A stretch of 64,000 nt of DNA. It comes from Candidatus Multivorans sp. (GTDB lineage: Bacteria > Acidobacteriota > Thermoanaerobaculia > Multivoradales > Multivoraceae). Below, piece after piece: positions 1 to 10,688 of the stretch (positions are counted from its first letter, which is position 1; each line of letters starts with the position of its first letter). Under the pieces are notes generated by a model. The model was not told the DNA's origin. It did no database searches and was given only the letters and a program-made list of their open reading frames with translations. The stretch lies in NCBI GenBank assembly GCA_965224025.1, contig OZ245033.1, positions 3,744,001 to 3,808,000 on the forward strand, written 5' to 3'. The position numbers and the translations under genes were made by a program.

Positions 1-675
1 CGGAACGACCGACTCGCTCTCGCGCAGGCGCCGCAGCACGACGCCGGAAACCGGCGATGTGATTTCGATCGTCTCGCCGTCGGCGGCGGCGCTCCGGCCG
101 CTGGAGTGCAGCAGACGCACGCGGGCCGCCTGCAGTCGGCTGAGCGCGGTTCGCACCGCGTACTCCGCCGCCTCCAGCGCCTCCTGGCGGGTGTCCAGGT
201 CGAGTTGGGCGGTCTCCATCTGCTCTACGGACACGATCCCGTCACGCGTCAGCCGCCGGTAGCGCTCCACTTCGGCACGCGAGAAGGCCACCTCCGCCGC
301 GGCCCGTTCGTAGTGCGCCTCGGCCTCGCCCACGGCCGCAAGCGCGGTCTCCACAGCGGCCTGCGCCTCCGCCCGGCTGCGGGCGTCCAGCAACACCGGC
401 GCGGAGGGCAGGAACACGGCTAGCACGGTCTCGTTCGCGACCACGGTGTCGCCCGGTTCGAGCTCGATCCGCAGCACCCGGCCGCCAAGCGGCGCCGAGA
501 TGACGAAGCGGTCCCGGACCCTGGTTTCGCCCTCCTCGTCGATCGTCACTTCGATCGGCCCGCGGACTACCTGGGACACTTCCGCCGGCACCGGCTGCGG
601 CCGCGTGCCAAGAAACACCGCCGCGGCAGCCACAAGCGCTCCCACGATCCAGAGCGCCCAGCGCCGCGTCTTCAT
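1..675 (-). CDS. HlyD-family efflux membrane fusion (periplasmic adaptor) protein, runs off the window edge
   Basis: Manual translation from ATG at 675: MKTRRWALWIVGALVAAAAVFLGTRPQPVPAEVSQVVRGPIEVTIDEEGETRVRDRFVISAPLGGRVLRIELEPGD. N-terminal TM, lipoyl-like half motif and Ala-rich coiled coil; downstream of the ABC permease. Confidence 0.85.
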   Translation of the reverse strand, partial: MKTRRWALWIVGALVAAAAVFLGTRPQPVPAEVSQVVRGPIEVTIDEEGETRVRDRFVISAPLGGRVLRIELEPGDTVVANETVLAVFLPSAPVLLDARSRAEAQAAVETALAAVGEAEAHYERAAAEVAFSRAEVERYRRLTRDGIVSVEQMETAQLDLDTRQEALEAAEYAVRTALSRLQAARVRLLHSSGRSAAADGETIEITSPVSGVVLRRLRESESVVP

Positions 676-698
676 CGCTTCATCGTCCTCAGTTCGTC

Positions 699-3068
699 CT
701 ACTCGCGGGTCTTCAACACCGCGACCAGATCAAGGTCGTGGAGCTTACGCCGGACCGTCCACGCCGAGATCGCCATCGACCCGAGAACGGTCGCCGCGGA
801 AACCAGGAACGTGTTCGCCTCGACCACCACGGGCAGCCGGAACAGCTCGCTCTCGAAAGCGCTCATCGCGCCGGCGATCATGCCGTATCCCAGGAGCAGA
901 CCGAGCGGAATCGACGCCACCGTCAGGATGGCGAGTTCGCCAAGCAGGATCGACGAGATCTCGGCGCGGGTGAACCCGATCACCCTCAGGCTGGCCAGTT
1001 CGCGGCTGGTCTCGGAGAGTGAGATGCGCGCGGTGTTGTAGATCACGCCGAAGGCGATGATGACGGCGAAGAGCAGGTTCACGCCCATGATCATCGACAT
1101 GTTGTCGACCATGTAGGTCTGGATGTTCTCGAGGGCGGCGCTCCGCAGCGTCACGCCGGCCACCGCCGGCATCGCCTTGAGCAGCGCGAACAGCCGTTCC
1201 TCGGCCAGACTGTCGACCTTCAGCATCGCGCCGCTTACCGTGTCGTCGCGCCGCACCAGCCGCCGCAGCGACTCCTGTTCCATGTAGGCGGCCACTCCGA
1301 GCAGGTCGTCCACTGTGTCGGTCAGTACGACTTCGCGCACGGGCCGGGCCGCCTCCATGACTTCGACCACGAGCCTGTCGCCCGGTTCCACCTGCAACTG
1401 CTCCGCAAGCAACGTGGACAGGACGAGACCTGGCCGGTCGAGCTGGATGGCGCTGTAGTCGACATCGACCACGCGCCGCAGCCTGGCGTCGGGTGCGAGC
1501 GCCTGGATCGCGGTCTGCTTCTGCAGGTGGCCGTTGCGCAGCCGGGCCGCGACTCCGCTGGTCGGCTCCACCTGCATCACGCCGGAGAGAGCCGCGAGTT
1601 CGTGCACCGCGCTCCGTTCGACCGGTTCGAAGAAGCTCACCGACAGGTCCTGGCGCTGGATGATGTTGAACTGCACCTCGAGCAGTTCGTCCATCGAGTC
1701 CATCATCGCGCTGCCGACGACCATGATCGCGCCGGCGAAGGCGATGCCGACCACGGACAGTGCCGCGCGCAGCGGCCGGCGCGACAGGTTGCGGAGTACC
1801 ATGCGCGCCGGCTGCGAGAGCCACCTCCTGGCGCCCAGCCGTTCGAACAGCGACACCCGGAAGCTCTCCGGGGCCGCCGGGCGCATCGCCTCGGCCGGCG
1901 GCAGGGAAGCGACACTGCGCACGGCGCCGACCGCGCCCACCGCCGCCGCCGCGAAACTGACCGCGATGGCGATCAGGATGCTCGGAACCGACACTTCGTA
2001 GACCAGGAACGGAAAGCGGAAGTACTCCATGTAGAAGCCCAGCATGCCGTTCGCGAGCAACAGGCCGGCCACGATCCCGATAACCGAGCCGATCATCACG
2101 ACGGCGATCGCCCACTGAACGTAGTGAAGCCCGAGACGGGCGTTCGAGTAGCCGAGCGCCTTGAGTGCGGCAATCTGCTCCCGCTGCACGGCAACCGTCC
2201 GCCGGAGAACCACGTTGAGCAGGAAGGCGGCCACGCCGAGGAAGATCATCGGCACGATGAACGCCATGTTCTGCAGTTGGGTCAGCTCGTTCTGCAGGTA
2301 CCAGTGCGAGAGTTGGTCCGACCGCGGGATCGCGCCGAGACCGCCGTAGGTATCGAGAAGCGCATCGAGTTCAGTGATCGCGGCCCGCTCGGCGCTCTGC
2401 GACGAGCCGGTCAGCGCCAAGGCGACATCGTTGAAGCCGCCCTCCATCTCGAACGCCGTCGCCAGGTGCCGCCGGGACATCCACAAGAGGCCGAAGTGCT
2501 TCGGATCGGGGAAGAACTCGCCCGGACCGATGTTGTAAATGAACTCAGGACTCAGCGCGATCCCCACCACTTCCAGCGGCTGGCGCCGGCCATTGATCAC
2601 CGCGGCGACCCGATCGCCCAGGTCGAGGCCGTGGGCCTCGGCGAAGCGCTCACTGACCAGGGCCTCCTCCGCCCGGTCGGGGTCCAGCCAGCGCCCGCGG
2701 CGCAGGACCACGTCGTTGAGAACCGGACGGCCCCGTTCGGGCACCGAGATCAGCCGGCCGTTGACCGGCTCCGCGACGCCGGGCACATCGAGCGTGACGC
2801 CGGCGACCACCCGCGTCTGCACTTTCTCCACACCGGGGATCGCCTCGATCCGCTGCTCGACCCAGTTCGGCGCCCGCTTGGCGCCGGCGAACACGTCCGC
2901 GAAGGCGTACCGCGCGTAGTACGACGCCCGTGTCGTCGAAAGCGAGCCGAATACGCCGAGCGACATGACCAGCAGGGCGATGCCCGAGCCCACGACCAAC
3001 GAGATCGCCAGCACCTGGGAACGCACGTTCCACAGGTCGCGCAGGAGTTTGCGGTCGAGCGCTCTCAT
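699..3068 (-). CDS. ABC transporter permease, FtsX/MacB-like duplicated type
   Basis: 789 aa with two MacB-PCD/FtsX halves (REQIAALKALGY and RELASLRVIGF motifs). Confidence 0.9.
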   Translation of the reverse strand: MRALDRKLLRDLWNVRSQVLAISLVVGSGIALLVMSLGVFGSLSTTRASYYARYAFADVFAGAKRAPNWVEQRIEAIPGVEKVQTRVVAGVTLDVPGVAEPVNGRLISVPERGRPVLNDVVLRRGRWLDPDRAEEALVSERFAEAHGLDLGDRVAAVINGRRQPLEVVGIALSPEFIYNIGPGEFFPDPKHFGLLWMSRRHLATAFEMEGGFNDVALALTGSSQSAERAAITELDALLDTYGGLGAIPRSDQLSHWYLQNELTQLQNMAFIVPMIFLGVAAFLLNVVLRRTVAVQREQIAALKALGYSNARLGLHYVQWAIAVVMIGSVIGIVAGLLLANGMLGFYMEYFRFPFLVYEVSVPSILIAIAVSFAAAAVGAVGAVRSVASLPPAEAMRPAAPESFRVSLFERLGARRWLSQPARMVLRNLSRRPLRAALSVVGIAFAGAIMVVGSAMMDSMDELLEVQFNIIQRQDLSVSFFEPVERSAVHELAALSGVMQVEPTSGVAARLRNGHLQKQTAIQALAPDARLRRVVDVDYSAIQLDRPGLVLSTLLAEQLQVEPGDRLVVEVMEAARPVREVVLTDTVDDLLGVAAYMEQESLRRLVRRDDTVSGAMLKVDSLAEERLFALLKAMPAVAGVTLRSAALENIQTYMVDNMSMIMGVNLLFAVIIAFGVIYNTARISLSETSRELASLRVIGFTRAEISSILLGELAILTVASIPLGLLLGYGMIAGAMSAFESELFRLPVVVEANTFLVSAATVLGSMAISAWTVRRKLHDLDLVAVLKTRE

Positions 3069-3099
3069 GAGCCGGCTTCGCAGCGCACTTTGTTCCGCC

Positions 3100-3849
<750 letters not shown>

Positions 3850-3944
3850 GCGGCTTCAAGCCCCCACGTCCGCCAGGATCGTCCGCCGACGGGAGGTGAC
3901 TGGACTGTCCGCGATGCTATCCCGTCGCAGCCCCGGACCCGGCC

Positions 3945-6110
3945 CTACGAAGGGGGCAGCAGCGCGTCGAAGTCCGGTGGCGCCGCGGACAGCTCCACGA
4001 TCATCTCCGTGAACTCCCCGGGCTCGGTGAACACCCGGATCGTGCCGCCGTGCTCGCGGACGATATCGCCCGAGAGCGCGAGACCCAGACCCGTACCCTC
4101 GTCCGTCGGCTTGGTGGTGAAGAACGGATTGAAGATCTTGTCCACGACCTCCGGCGGAATTCCGCTGCCGTTGTCGCGGATCCGTACTTCGACGCCGTCG
4201 TCCATCTTTCTCGTCATCACCGTGAGCGTCGGTTCGTAGGACTCGTCCGCCGTGCGCCGCTTCTCGTCGGTGGCGTAGCAGGCGTTGCTGACCAGGTTGA
4301 GGAACACCCGGCCCACATCCTGCGACACGACCTCCAGGGTGCCCAGGTCCGGGTCGTAATCCTTCTCGATCGTGACGTTGAAGTCCGGATCCGTCGCCCG
4401 CGCGCTGTGGTACGCCAGACCCACGTGCTCGTCGACCAGGCGGTTGATGTCGGCAGCCTCACGCTGCGCGGCGCCGCGGCCCATCTTCAGCATGTCGGTG
4501 ACGATCCGGTTTGCCCGCTCGCCGTGGCCCAGGATCAGCTTCAGGTTGCCGCTCAGGTCCTCGAAGATCTCCGCGATCTCCTCCCGCTGGTCTTCGGTCA
4601 GGCTGCCGTCCTCGTTCTCCTTCATGATCTCCTCGACTTCCTCGAGCAGTTCCGAGGAGACTTCCGAGAAGTTCTTCACGAAGTTCAGGGGATTCTTGAT
4701 TTCGTGGGCGACGCCGGCCGTCAACTCGCCCAGGGCGGCGAGCTTCTCGCGCATGACGATCTGGTCCTGCGCCTTCTGCAGGTCGGCCAGCACGACCTCC
4801 AGTTCGTCGTTCTTCTCCTTGAGCTCGTCGGCCAGCTTCTCGACCAGGTTCAGCCGTTGCACCTCGATCGCGTGCCGGCGGAAGACCTCGAGGGCCGCCG
4901 CCATGTCCGCGACTTCGTCATGCCCGCCAATGCCGATCTCGGCCTCCAGGTTTCCGCCGGCCATTTCCCGCATGCTGCTGGAGAGAGCCTCGAACCGGCG
5001 CACGAGCAGACGGCCTACGAACAGCCAGGCGATGAAGACCGCGCCGGCGATGCTGACGATGTTGAGCGCCAGCAGCAGGGCGCGGCCGGTGCTGATCGCC
5101 TGGGACGAGGCGAGGGTCGCCGCGTCGGCGCGGGAGAGGGAATCCGCGACCAGGTCCTCCACATCCGCGCCCAGGCTCAGTGCGAGGTTCTGGTTCTCCT
5201 GCAGCAGTCCCTGCTGTCGGTCAAACACGTCGACTTCCCGTCTTCGGAGGTCGAAAGCGGCCCGGCTCTTCCCGAGCATCTCGCCGAAGAGCGCCTTCAG
5301 GCGACCGGATGCCGCCGTCTCGTCGACCGCGCTCAGCGCGCGCTCGATGCTCGTCGCGGCGGACTCGTACTCTTCCTCGATCGGCTCGATCCGGGGTCGA
5401 TCGGCCAGTACCGCGAGACTGGCCAGGAGTTGATCGACGATCGTGATGTCCTGCTGGAGACCCACCAGCACGCGGTAGCGGTTGATCTCGGGCTCCGAGA
5501 AGTGAACGCCATGGGGAGCGGGCGGCTCGTCGAACGACCGGTAGCCGGTCATCGCGTAGAACAGTTGATCGTCGAGTGCGGGGACGAGCAGCGAGGCGAT
5601 CTCGTCCCGCAGCGGCGCGAGCTCGGCACGCAGCGCCTCGCTCGCCGCACCGAGTTCGAAGCCATCGGATACCGACTGCTGGATTGCCTCGATGTTCCCG
5701 ATCAGATCCCCGCCCCGCGCCTGTATGTTCGCGAACCCGGCTTCGTCGCGGAACGAGTCATCCACTCCGGCCTCCTGGCTCATCAGCCGTTCGAGTTGGG
5801 ACTCGAAGTCGCGGCGGGCCGGAGCGATCTCGTCCGCGGCGCGAAGCAGCTCGTCCTGCGTCGCGGATGCGGTAAGCCGCGGACCCGCGGCGACCAGCGT
5901 TCCGCTGCCGCGGGCGACACCGAACGCGGCCGCGAGTTCGGGCACGGTACCCTCGTTGACTCGGCTCTGCGAATCCCCAACCTGAGCGAAGGCGAACAGT
6001 GCCACCAGACTGGCCGCCAGAGTCAGCACGGCCGCGCCGCCAATGCCGACGTAGAGTTGGGTCGCGATCCGGAACCGGGCCTCGGCCAGCCTGCGGAACC
6101 AACCCATCAC
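3945..6110 (-). CDS. Membrane sensor histidine kinase with helical periplasmic domain, HAMP, HisKA and HATPase
   Basis: Two TMs, HAMP (DEVADMA), H-box AHEIKNPL, N-box NLVSNA, G-boxes DNGSG and GTGLGL. Confidence 0.92.
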   Translation of the reverse strand: MMGWFRRLAEARFRIATQLYVGIGGAAVLTLAASLVALFAFAQVGDSQSRVNEGTVPELAAAFGVARGSGTLVAAGPRLTASATQDELLRAADEIAPARRDFESQLERLMSQEAGVDDSFRDEAGFANIQARGGDLIGNIEAIQQSVSDGFELGAASEALRAELAPLRDEIASLLVPALDDQLFYAMTGYRSFDEPPAPHGVHFSEPEINRYRVLVGLQQDITIVDQLLASLAVLADRPRIEPIEEEYESAATSIERALSAVDETAASGRLKALFGEMLGKSRAAFDLRRREVDVFDRQQGLLQENQNLALSLGADVEDLVADSLSRADAATLASSQAISTGRALLLALNIVSIAGAVFIAWLFVGRLLVRRFEALSSSMREMAGGNLEAEIGIGGHDEVADMAAALEVFRRHAIEVQRLNLVEKLADELKEKNDELEVVLADLQKAQDQIVMREKLAALGELTAGVAHEIKNPLNFVKNFSEVSSELLEEVEEIMKENEDGSLTEDQREEIAEIFEDLSGNLKLILGHGERANRIVTDMLKMGRGAAQREAADINRLVDEHVGLAYHSARATDPDFNVTIEKDYDPDLGTLEVVSQDVGRVFLNLVSNACYATDEKRRTADESYEPTLTVMTRKMDDGVEVRIRDNGSGIPPEVVDKIFNPFFTTKPTDEGTGLGLALSGDIVREHGGTIRVFTEPGEFTEMIVELSAAPPDFDALLPPS

Positions 6111-7294
6111 TGCTCCGAACCGCCGAGACGCCTCGCGGGGCGGTAGCGGCCCTGTTCGTCGATCACGGTCAGAAACACGGCGTCCGACCCCTGGTTGTCC
6201 CCCTCGCCGAACGCGAGGCGAAAGCCCTCGAGATCAATGGTTCCGGCCTCGCGCAGGGCCTGAATGAAACGATCGCGATCGATCTCCGGCCCGCACATCT
6301 CGAGCGCCTCGAGCACTAGGCGTCCTGCCAGATACCCCTCGAAGGAGACGAAGCCGGGTTCCGCGCCGGCGGTATGCGACCGGAGCGCACGCCGGTAGGC
6401 GCCGGCGATTCGCGGACTTCCCGCAGTCGGAAACGGCACGACCTGGGTGACGTAGACGCCGGCGCCGGTGGGACCAAGCTCCTCCGCCAGGGCGTTGCTG
6501 CCGACAAAGGACAGGGTCATGAACACGGGGTCGAGACCGATGTGGCGAGCCCAGGCGATCAAGCTGGCGACCGGTTGGTAGGCGCCCACCATGATCACCG
6601 CCTCCGGCCGACCCAATCCGATGTCCACCAGCGCCGTCTTGACCGCGGTCGTGTTGCGTGGATACACGCCGATCGAGATCGCCTCCATGCCCCGCTTGTC
6701 GAACGCGGCGCGGACACCGGCGAGGCCGGCACGGCCGAATGAGTCGTTCTGGATGACGACCGCGATCCGCTCGATGCCGAGGTCCCGGGTCAGTCGCTCG
6801 ACCATCTCCTCCGTCTCCTGGGCGTAGGAGGCCCGGAGGTTGATCACGTGCGGCTCGTCGCGCAGAAAGCCCGCCCCGGTGAACGGAGCGACGTACGGCA
6901 CTCCCGCCGCCTCGGCCACCGGCACGGCTGAGCGGGAGGTCGGCGTGCCGACGCCGCCGACGAGTGCGAACACGCCATCCTCTTCGATCAACCGGCGCGT
7001 GTTGCGGATCGCCGCCTCCGGCTCGTACCCGTCGTCACGCGAAAGCAGCTCGAGGGTCCGACCGTGGACGCCGCCGGCGTCGTTCGCCTCCTTGAACGCC
7101 GCCTCGATGCCGAGCCGCATCCCCCTGCCGAGTTCGGCCGCGGGACCGATGAACGCGGCCGACTGGCCGAACAGGACGCGCTCGTCGGACACTCCCGGAG
7201 TCGCCTCCGGCCGTGCCCCGGCAGGGAGCGAACCGAGAATCACGATCGCGGCGCAGGCCGACGCGGTCAGGGCCGCCTGTGCATGAACGCGCAT
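6107..7294 (-). CDS. Periplasmic binding protein, type 1 (LivJ/Leu-binding-like)
   Basis: Signal peptide; GGVHGRTLEL, DDGYEP and GGVGTPT motifs. Overlaps the kinase start by 4 nt. Confidence 0.88.
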   Translation of the reverse strand: MRVHAQAALTASACAAIVILGSLPAGARPEATPGVSDERVLFGQSAAFIGPAAELGRGMRLGIEAAFKEANDAGGVHGRTLELLSRDDGYEPEAAIRNTRRLIEEDGVFALVGGVGTPTSRSAVPVAEAAGVPYVAPFTGAGFLRDEPHVINLRASYAQETEEMVERLTRDLGIERIAVVIQNDSFGRAGLAGVRAAFDKRGMEAISIGVYPRNTTAVKTALVDIGLGRPEAVIMVGAYQPVASLIAWARHIGLDPVFMTLSFVGSNALAEELGPTGAGVYVTQVVPFPTAGSPRIAGAYRRALRSHTAGAEPGFVSFEGYLAGRLVLEALEMCGPEIDRDRFIQALREAGTIDLEGFRLAFGEGDNQGSDAVFLTVIDEQGRYRPARRLGGSEQ

Positions 7295-7309
7295 CGGGCG
7301 CCGCCGGGT

Positions 7310-7729
7310 TCAACCCCGGCGCTTCACCATGGTCACGTGGTTGCGGCCGTCCTCCCGCCGATAGGACGCCTCGTCCATCAGCACCCGCACGAAGTGGACG
7401 CCGAGGCCGCCGATCTTCCGGTTCTCGAGCGCCGCGTCGATATCCGGCTCGGGAGCGTCGTGGAACGGGTCGAACGGCTTGCCGCTGTCGCGAACCTCGA
7501 TCCGGACATCCTCGTCCGTCGAGACGACCTCGATCTCGATCTCGCTGGTCCCCTCCTCGCCGCCGCCGTGACGAACGACATTCGTCGCCACCTCCTCGAG
7601 CGCCAAGACGACGGCGTACGAAACATCCGGCGCCCAGTCTTCCTCCTGGCCGAGCGCCTCCACGGCCTCGGAGATGCCCGGAAGCTCCTCGATCCGGTTC
7701 GGAACGCGCAGTGTGCGGTTAGTCCGCAT
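7310..7729 (-). CDS. Anti-sigma factor Ser/Thr kinase (RsbW/SpoIIAB-like, HATPase_c_2)
   Basis: LALEEVATNVVRHG, DSGKPFDP and GGLGVHFV motifs. Confidence 0.9.
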   Translation of the reverse strand: MRTNRTLRVPNRIEELPGISEAVEALGQEEDWAPDVSYAVVLALEEVATNVVRHGGGEEGTSEIEIEVVSTDEDVRIEVRDSGKPFDPFHDAPEPDIDAALENRKIGGLGVHFVRVLMDEASYRREDGRNHVTMVKRRG

Positions 7730-7814
7730 ATCTCAGCAACCTCGGTACCGAGGGCGTGAAGGCGCCGCGAGCGGATCCGCGCTGCACCACGACCCGCGTG
7801 AGATATGCGGATTA
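7720..7814. repeat. 16-bp inverted repeat (15/16 match) flanking internal palindromes; one arm contains the rsbW-like start codon
   Basis: TAGTCCGCATATCTCA (7720-7735) vs TGAGATATGCGGATTA (7799-7814). Internal perfect palindromes CCTCGGTACCGAGG (7740-7753) and GCGGATCCGC (7771-7780). Confidence 0.75.
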
Positions 7815-7818
7815 GCGC

Positions 7819-9015
7819 TCACTCGTCAACAACACGCAGGGTCATGCAGGTCAGGTCGTCGAACTGCGGCGCCTCGCCGGCGAACTCGCTCACCGCCTGC
7901 AGGATCATCTCCGCGGCTTTCCGGGCACTCCGGGTCTTGCCGTCCTCAAACAACGCCCGTACGGCTTCCAGGCCGAACTCCTCGTTCGATGTATTGATCG
8001 CCTCGGTCACACCGTCGGTGAAGAAGACGACCATGTCGCCCCGCTTGAGTTGAACGCTGGCCTGGCCGTACTTGCATTGCGGGATCGCCCCCAGGGCAAT
8101 ACCGCCGGTCAGTTCGAGCTCCTCGGAGCTGCCGTCGGCGTGAACCACGAGAGGAGGGTTGTGGCCGCCGTTGGAGAACGTCAGCACCCTGGTCGATGGG
8201 TCGTACACGCCGTAGAAGACGGTCACGAACATCGCGGCGTCGTTCGTTTCGTTCAGCAGATCGTTCACTTCACCGAGGACCAGGGCCGGATCGCCGACGC
8301 CGACCGCCGCGCCCTTGAGCAGGGTGCGGCTCGACATCATGAACAGAGCCGCGGGAACGCCCTTGTCCGAGACGTCGGCGACCGCGAGCCCGAGGCGGCC
8401 CCCTTCGAGCCTGATCACGTCGAAGAAGTCGCCGCCGACATTGCGGGCCGCCTCCATGCAGCCGTACACGTCGCAACCGTCGACGTGGGGGAACTTGTCC
8501 GGCAGGATCGATTGCTGGATCTTGTTCGCCACGTCCAGCTCGTTCTGCAGCGCCACCAGCTTGTCCCTCGACGCCAGGGCGGCGCGCCACTCGTCCAGGT
8601 GCCTGAGTGTCCGCTCGATCGTGACCTCCAGATCCGTGAAGTCGATCGGCTTGGTGACGAAATCGAACGCGCCGCGGTTCATCGCCGTGCGGATGTTCTC
8701 CATGTCGCCGTACGCCGACACGATGACGGAGCGGATGTCCGGGTCGATCCGCGGGATCCGCTGCAGCAGGCTCAGACCGTCCATCTTCGGCATGTTGATG
8801 TCCGAGAGGACGATGTCGATGTCCCTGTTCTCGGCGAGTTTATCGAGCGCATCGAGACCGTTGCCGGCGAACTCGAAGCCGTACCGGCCCGAGCGGATGT
8901 GACGACGCATGCGCTGCCTGACGAGCCGTTCCAGGTCCGGCTCGTCGTCGACGACCAGGATCATGTAGTCGGGATTGGCCGAACGTGCGGCGCGGTCACT
9001 CGATCTGTCGGACAT
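7819..9015 (-). CDS. Response regulator receiver-PP2C (SpoIIE/RsbU-like) phosphatase
   Basis: REC domain (VVDDEP, SDINMP, KP) plus SpoIIE motifs VGGDFFD, ADVSDKG, FTDGVTE and DDLT. Confidence 0.92.
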   Translation of the reverse strand: MSDRSSDRAARSANPDYMILVVDDEPDLERLVRQRMRRHIRSGRYGFEFAGNGLDALDKLAENRDIDIVLSDINMPKMDGLSLLQRIPRIDPDIRSVIVSAYGDMENIRTAMNRGAFDFVTKPIDFTDLEVTIERTLRHLDEWRAALASRDKLVALQNELDVANKIQQSILPDKFPHVDGCDVYGCMEAARNVGGDFFDVIRLEGGRLGLAVADVSDKGVPAALFMMSSRTLLKGAAVGVGDPALVLGEVNDLLNETNDAAMFVTVFYGVYDPSTRVLTFSNGGHNPPLVVHADGSSEELELTGGIALGAIPQCKYGQASVQLKRGDMVVFFTDGVTEAINTSNEEFGLEAVRALFEDGKTRSARKAAEMILQAVSEFAGEAPQFDDLTCMTLRVVDE

Positions 9016-9034
9016 GCAGCGATGCCGGGACGAC

Positions 9035-9373
9035 CTACTTTCCGGCCGCGGCCAGCGCGTCGGCCTGAGTGTCGTAAACCTGGATGATGCGGTTGAAGCC
9101 GCTGATTTCGAAGACCGATTGAACAGGGTCGGACAGCGAGCACAGGGAGATACTCACGTTGCGCTGCCCCAAGGTCTTGGCCACCAGAAGAACGACCCTC
9201 AAACCGGCGCTGCTGATGTAGGCGAGCTGAGCGAGGTCCATCACAACGGCCCCGATGTCGTCGCCGATGGCCGCCTGCAACTGACGCTCGAAGTCTTGAG
9301 AGTTCGAACTGTCTACGCGACCCTCGACCTTCGCCACAAGAACCCCGTCGAGATGCTCAGCCTGGACGTTCAT
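9035..9373 (-). CDS. STAS-domain anti-sigma factor antagonist (RsbV/SpoIIAA-like)
   Basis: DLAQLAYISSAGLRV phospho-Ser motif. Confidence 0.9.
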   Translation of the reverse strand: MNVQAEHLDGVLVAKVEGRVDSSNSQDFERQLQAAIGDDIGAVVMDLAQLAYISSAGLRVVLLVAKTLGQRNVSISLCSLSDPVQSVFEISGFNRIIQVYDTQADALAAAGK

Positions 9374-9409
9374 CCTCTCTGCCTCCTGTTCCTTCCGCTC
9401 ACAGTATCG

Positions 9410-9880
9410 TCACGGTCCAAGAGGACCGACAGCATTCACTATCACATCGACCTCGATCTCCGCATCCCCGCTGCCTTGAAACGCTCCACTCGTCGGCGAC
9501 ACGCCGGCGTAGTCCCGCCCGGTGGCCACGCGGATGTGGCGCCCGTCGCTGAATGCCGCGCTGGTCGGGCCGAAGCCGACCCAACCCGCCCCGGGCAACC
9601 TGCATTCGACCCAGGCGTGACTGCCGGTCGCCACCGTCTGCTCGCCCGGGCTGCCGGTGGCGTGCAGGTAGCCGGATACGTAGCGGGACGGAACGCCCCA
9701 GGGACGGGCGATGGCAATCATGACGTGGGCGAAGTCCTGACAGGCGCCACGACCGGACGCCGAGACGTGTTCGATCGGAGAATCGGCCGGAGTAGTGCCC
9801 GGTTGGTAGTCGAAGATCGCTGGATCGAAGTCGTAGAAGTCCACGAGCTGCCCTCCGACCGATGCCACATCCCGACCAAC
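9410..9880 (-). pseudogene. Transglutaminase-like protein remnant (C-terminal core only)
   Basis: GACQDFAH, RYVSGYL, HAWVE and GRDY motifs. The usual GFDPT is GFGPT (catalytic Asp lost); no N-terminal domain or credible start. 5' boundary approximate. Confidence 0.7.
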
Positions 9881-10051
9881 TCCGTTCCGAACCCTCGAAG
9901 TTCTCGTCGAATCCACACCAGCGCCGGAATCGTCGTGTCGACTCGGTTCGCTTGGACGTTCCGGGCGCCCGCCCCGTATGATCCTGTGAGGCCCGACGAA
10001 GCGACACGCACGCGCGGCCGAACCAACGGACACACTCAAGGAGCACGAAGA

Positions 10052-10636
10052 ATGACTGGAGCGCGCTCCCATTCCCGCGAAGGCGGATTCACACTGATCG
10101 AACTGCTGATCGTCGTGGCGATCATCGGCATCATCTCCGCGTTGCTGGTGCCGAACCTCATGACCGGACTTCAGAACGCGAACCAGACGCGGACCCAGGC
10201 CGACATGAAGAGCGTCGGCACCGCCTGGATGCAGTGGCTCACCGACCAGGTCAGTGCCGCCGCGGCCGGATCGAGCACAACCGCCACCTTCACCTGGAGC
10301 GAGTTCACCTACCCCGATTTCGCCCATGCCGACCTGTCCGGCCTGCTCAGACCGTCGAACTCTTTCTTCTATATGCAGGACGTGCCGGAACGCGACGGCT
10401 GGAACCACCCCTACCGGTACGGTTTCGCGGGTTCGGACAAGCTGCTCGGCATCCAGGTGATCGGCATCTGGAGCGGCGGCCGCGACGGCTCGGCTACCGC
10501 GCAACCGGAGTCCAGCTACGAGATCGGCGCCTTCCCGGGCACCGACTTCAACCAGGATCTGGTCTGGGCCGACGGCTACTGGGTGCGGTGGCCCGGCAGC
10601 GCGGCGGAGGCCGCCGCCCAGGAAGGGACCGACTAG
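10052..10636 (+). CDS. Prepilin-type N-terminal cleavage/methylation protein (GspG-like pseudopilin)
   Basis: G|FTLIELLIVVAIIGII type III signal; DGWNHPY and SGGRDG resemble the T2SS G C-terminus. AAGGAG RBS before ATG 10052. Confidence 0.85.
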   Translation: MTGARSHSREGGFTLIELLIVVAIIGIISALLVPNLMTGLQNANQTRTQADMKSVGTAWMQWLTDQVSAAAAGSSTTATFTWSEFTYPDFAHADLSGLLRPSNSFFYMQDVPERDGWNHPYRYGFAGSDKLLGIQVIGIWSGGRDGSATAQPESSYEIGAFPGTDFNQDLVWADGYWVRWPGSAAEAAAQEGTD

Positions 10637-10688
10637 TCCCCGCCTTGCTCTTGGTACGCGGCTCCGGCCCGGCCGGCGCCGCCACAGA

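Noticed and set aside
8975-10051. Long N-terminal extension of the pilin ORF
   Set aside because: It overlaps the STAS gene and transglutaminase remnant on the other strand; the RBS and prepilin signal indicate a start at 10052.
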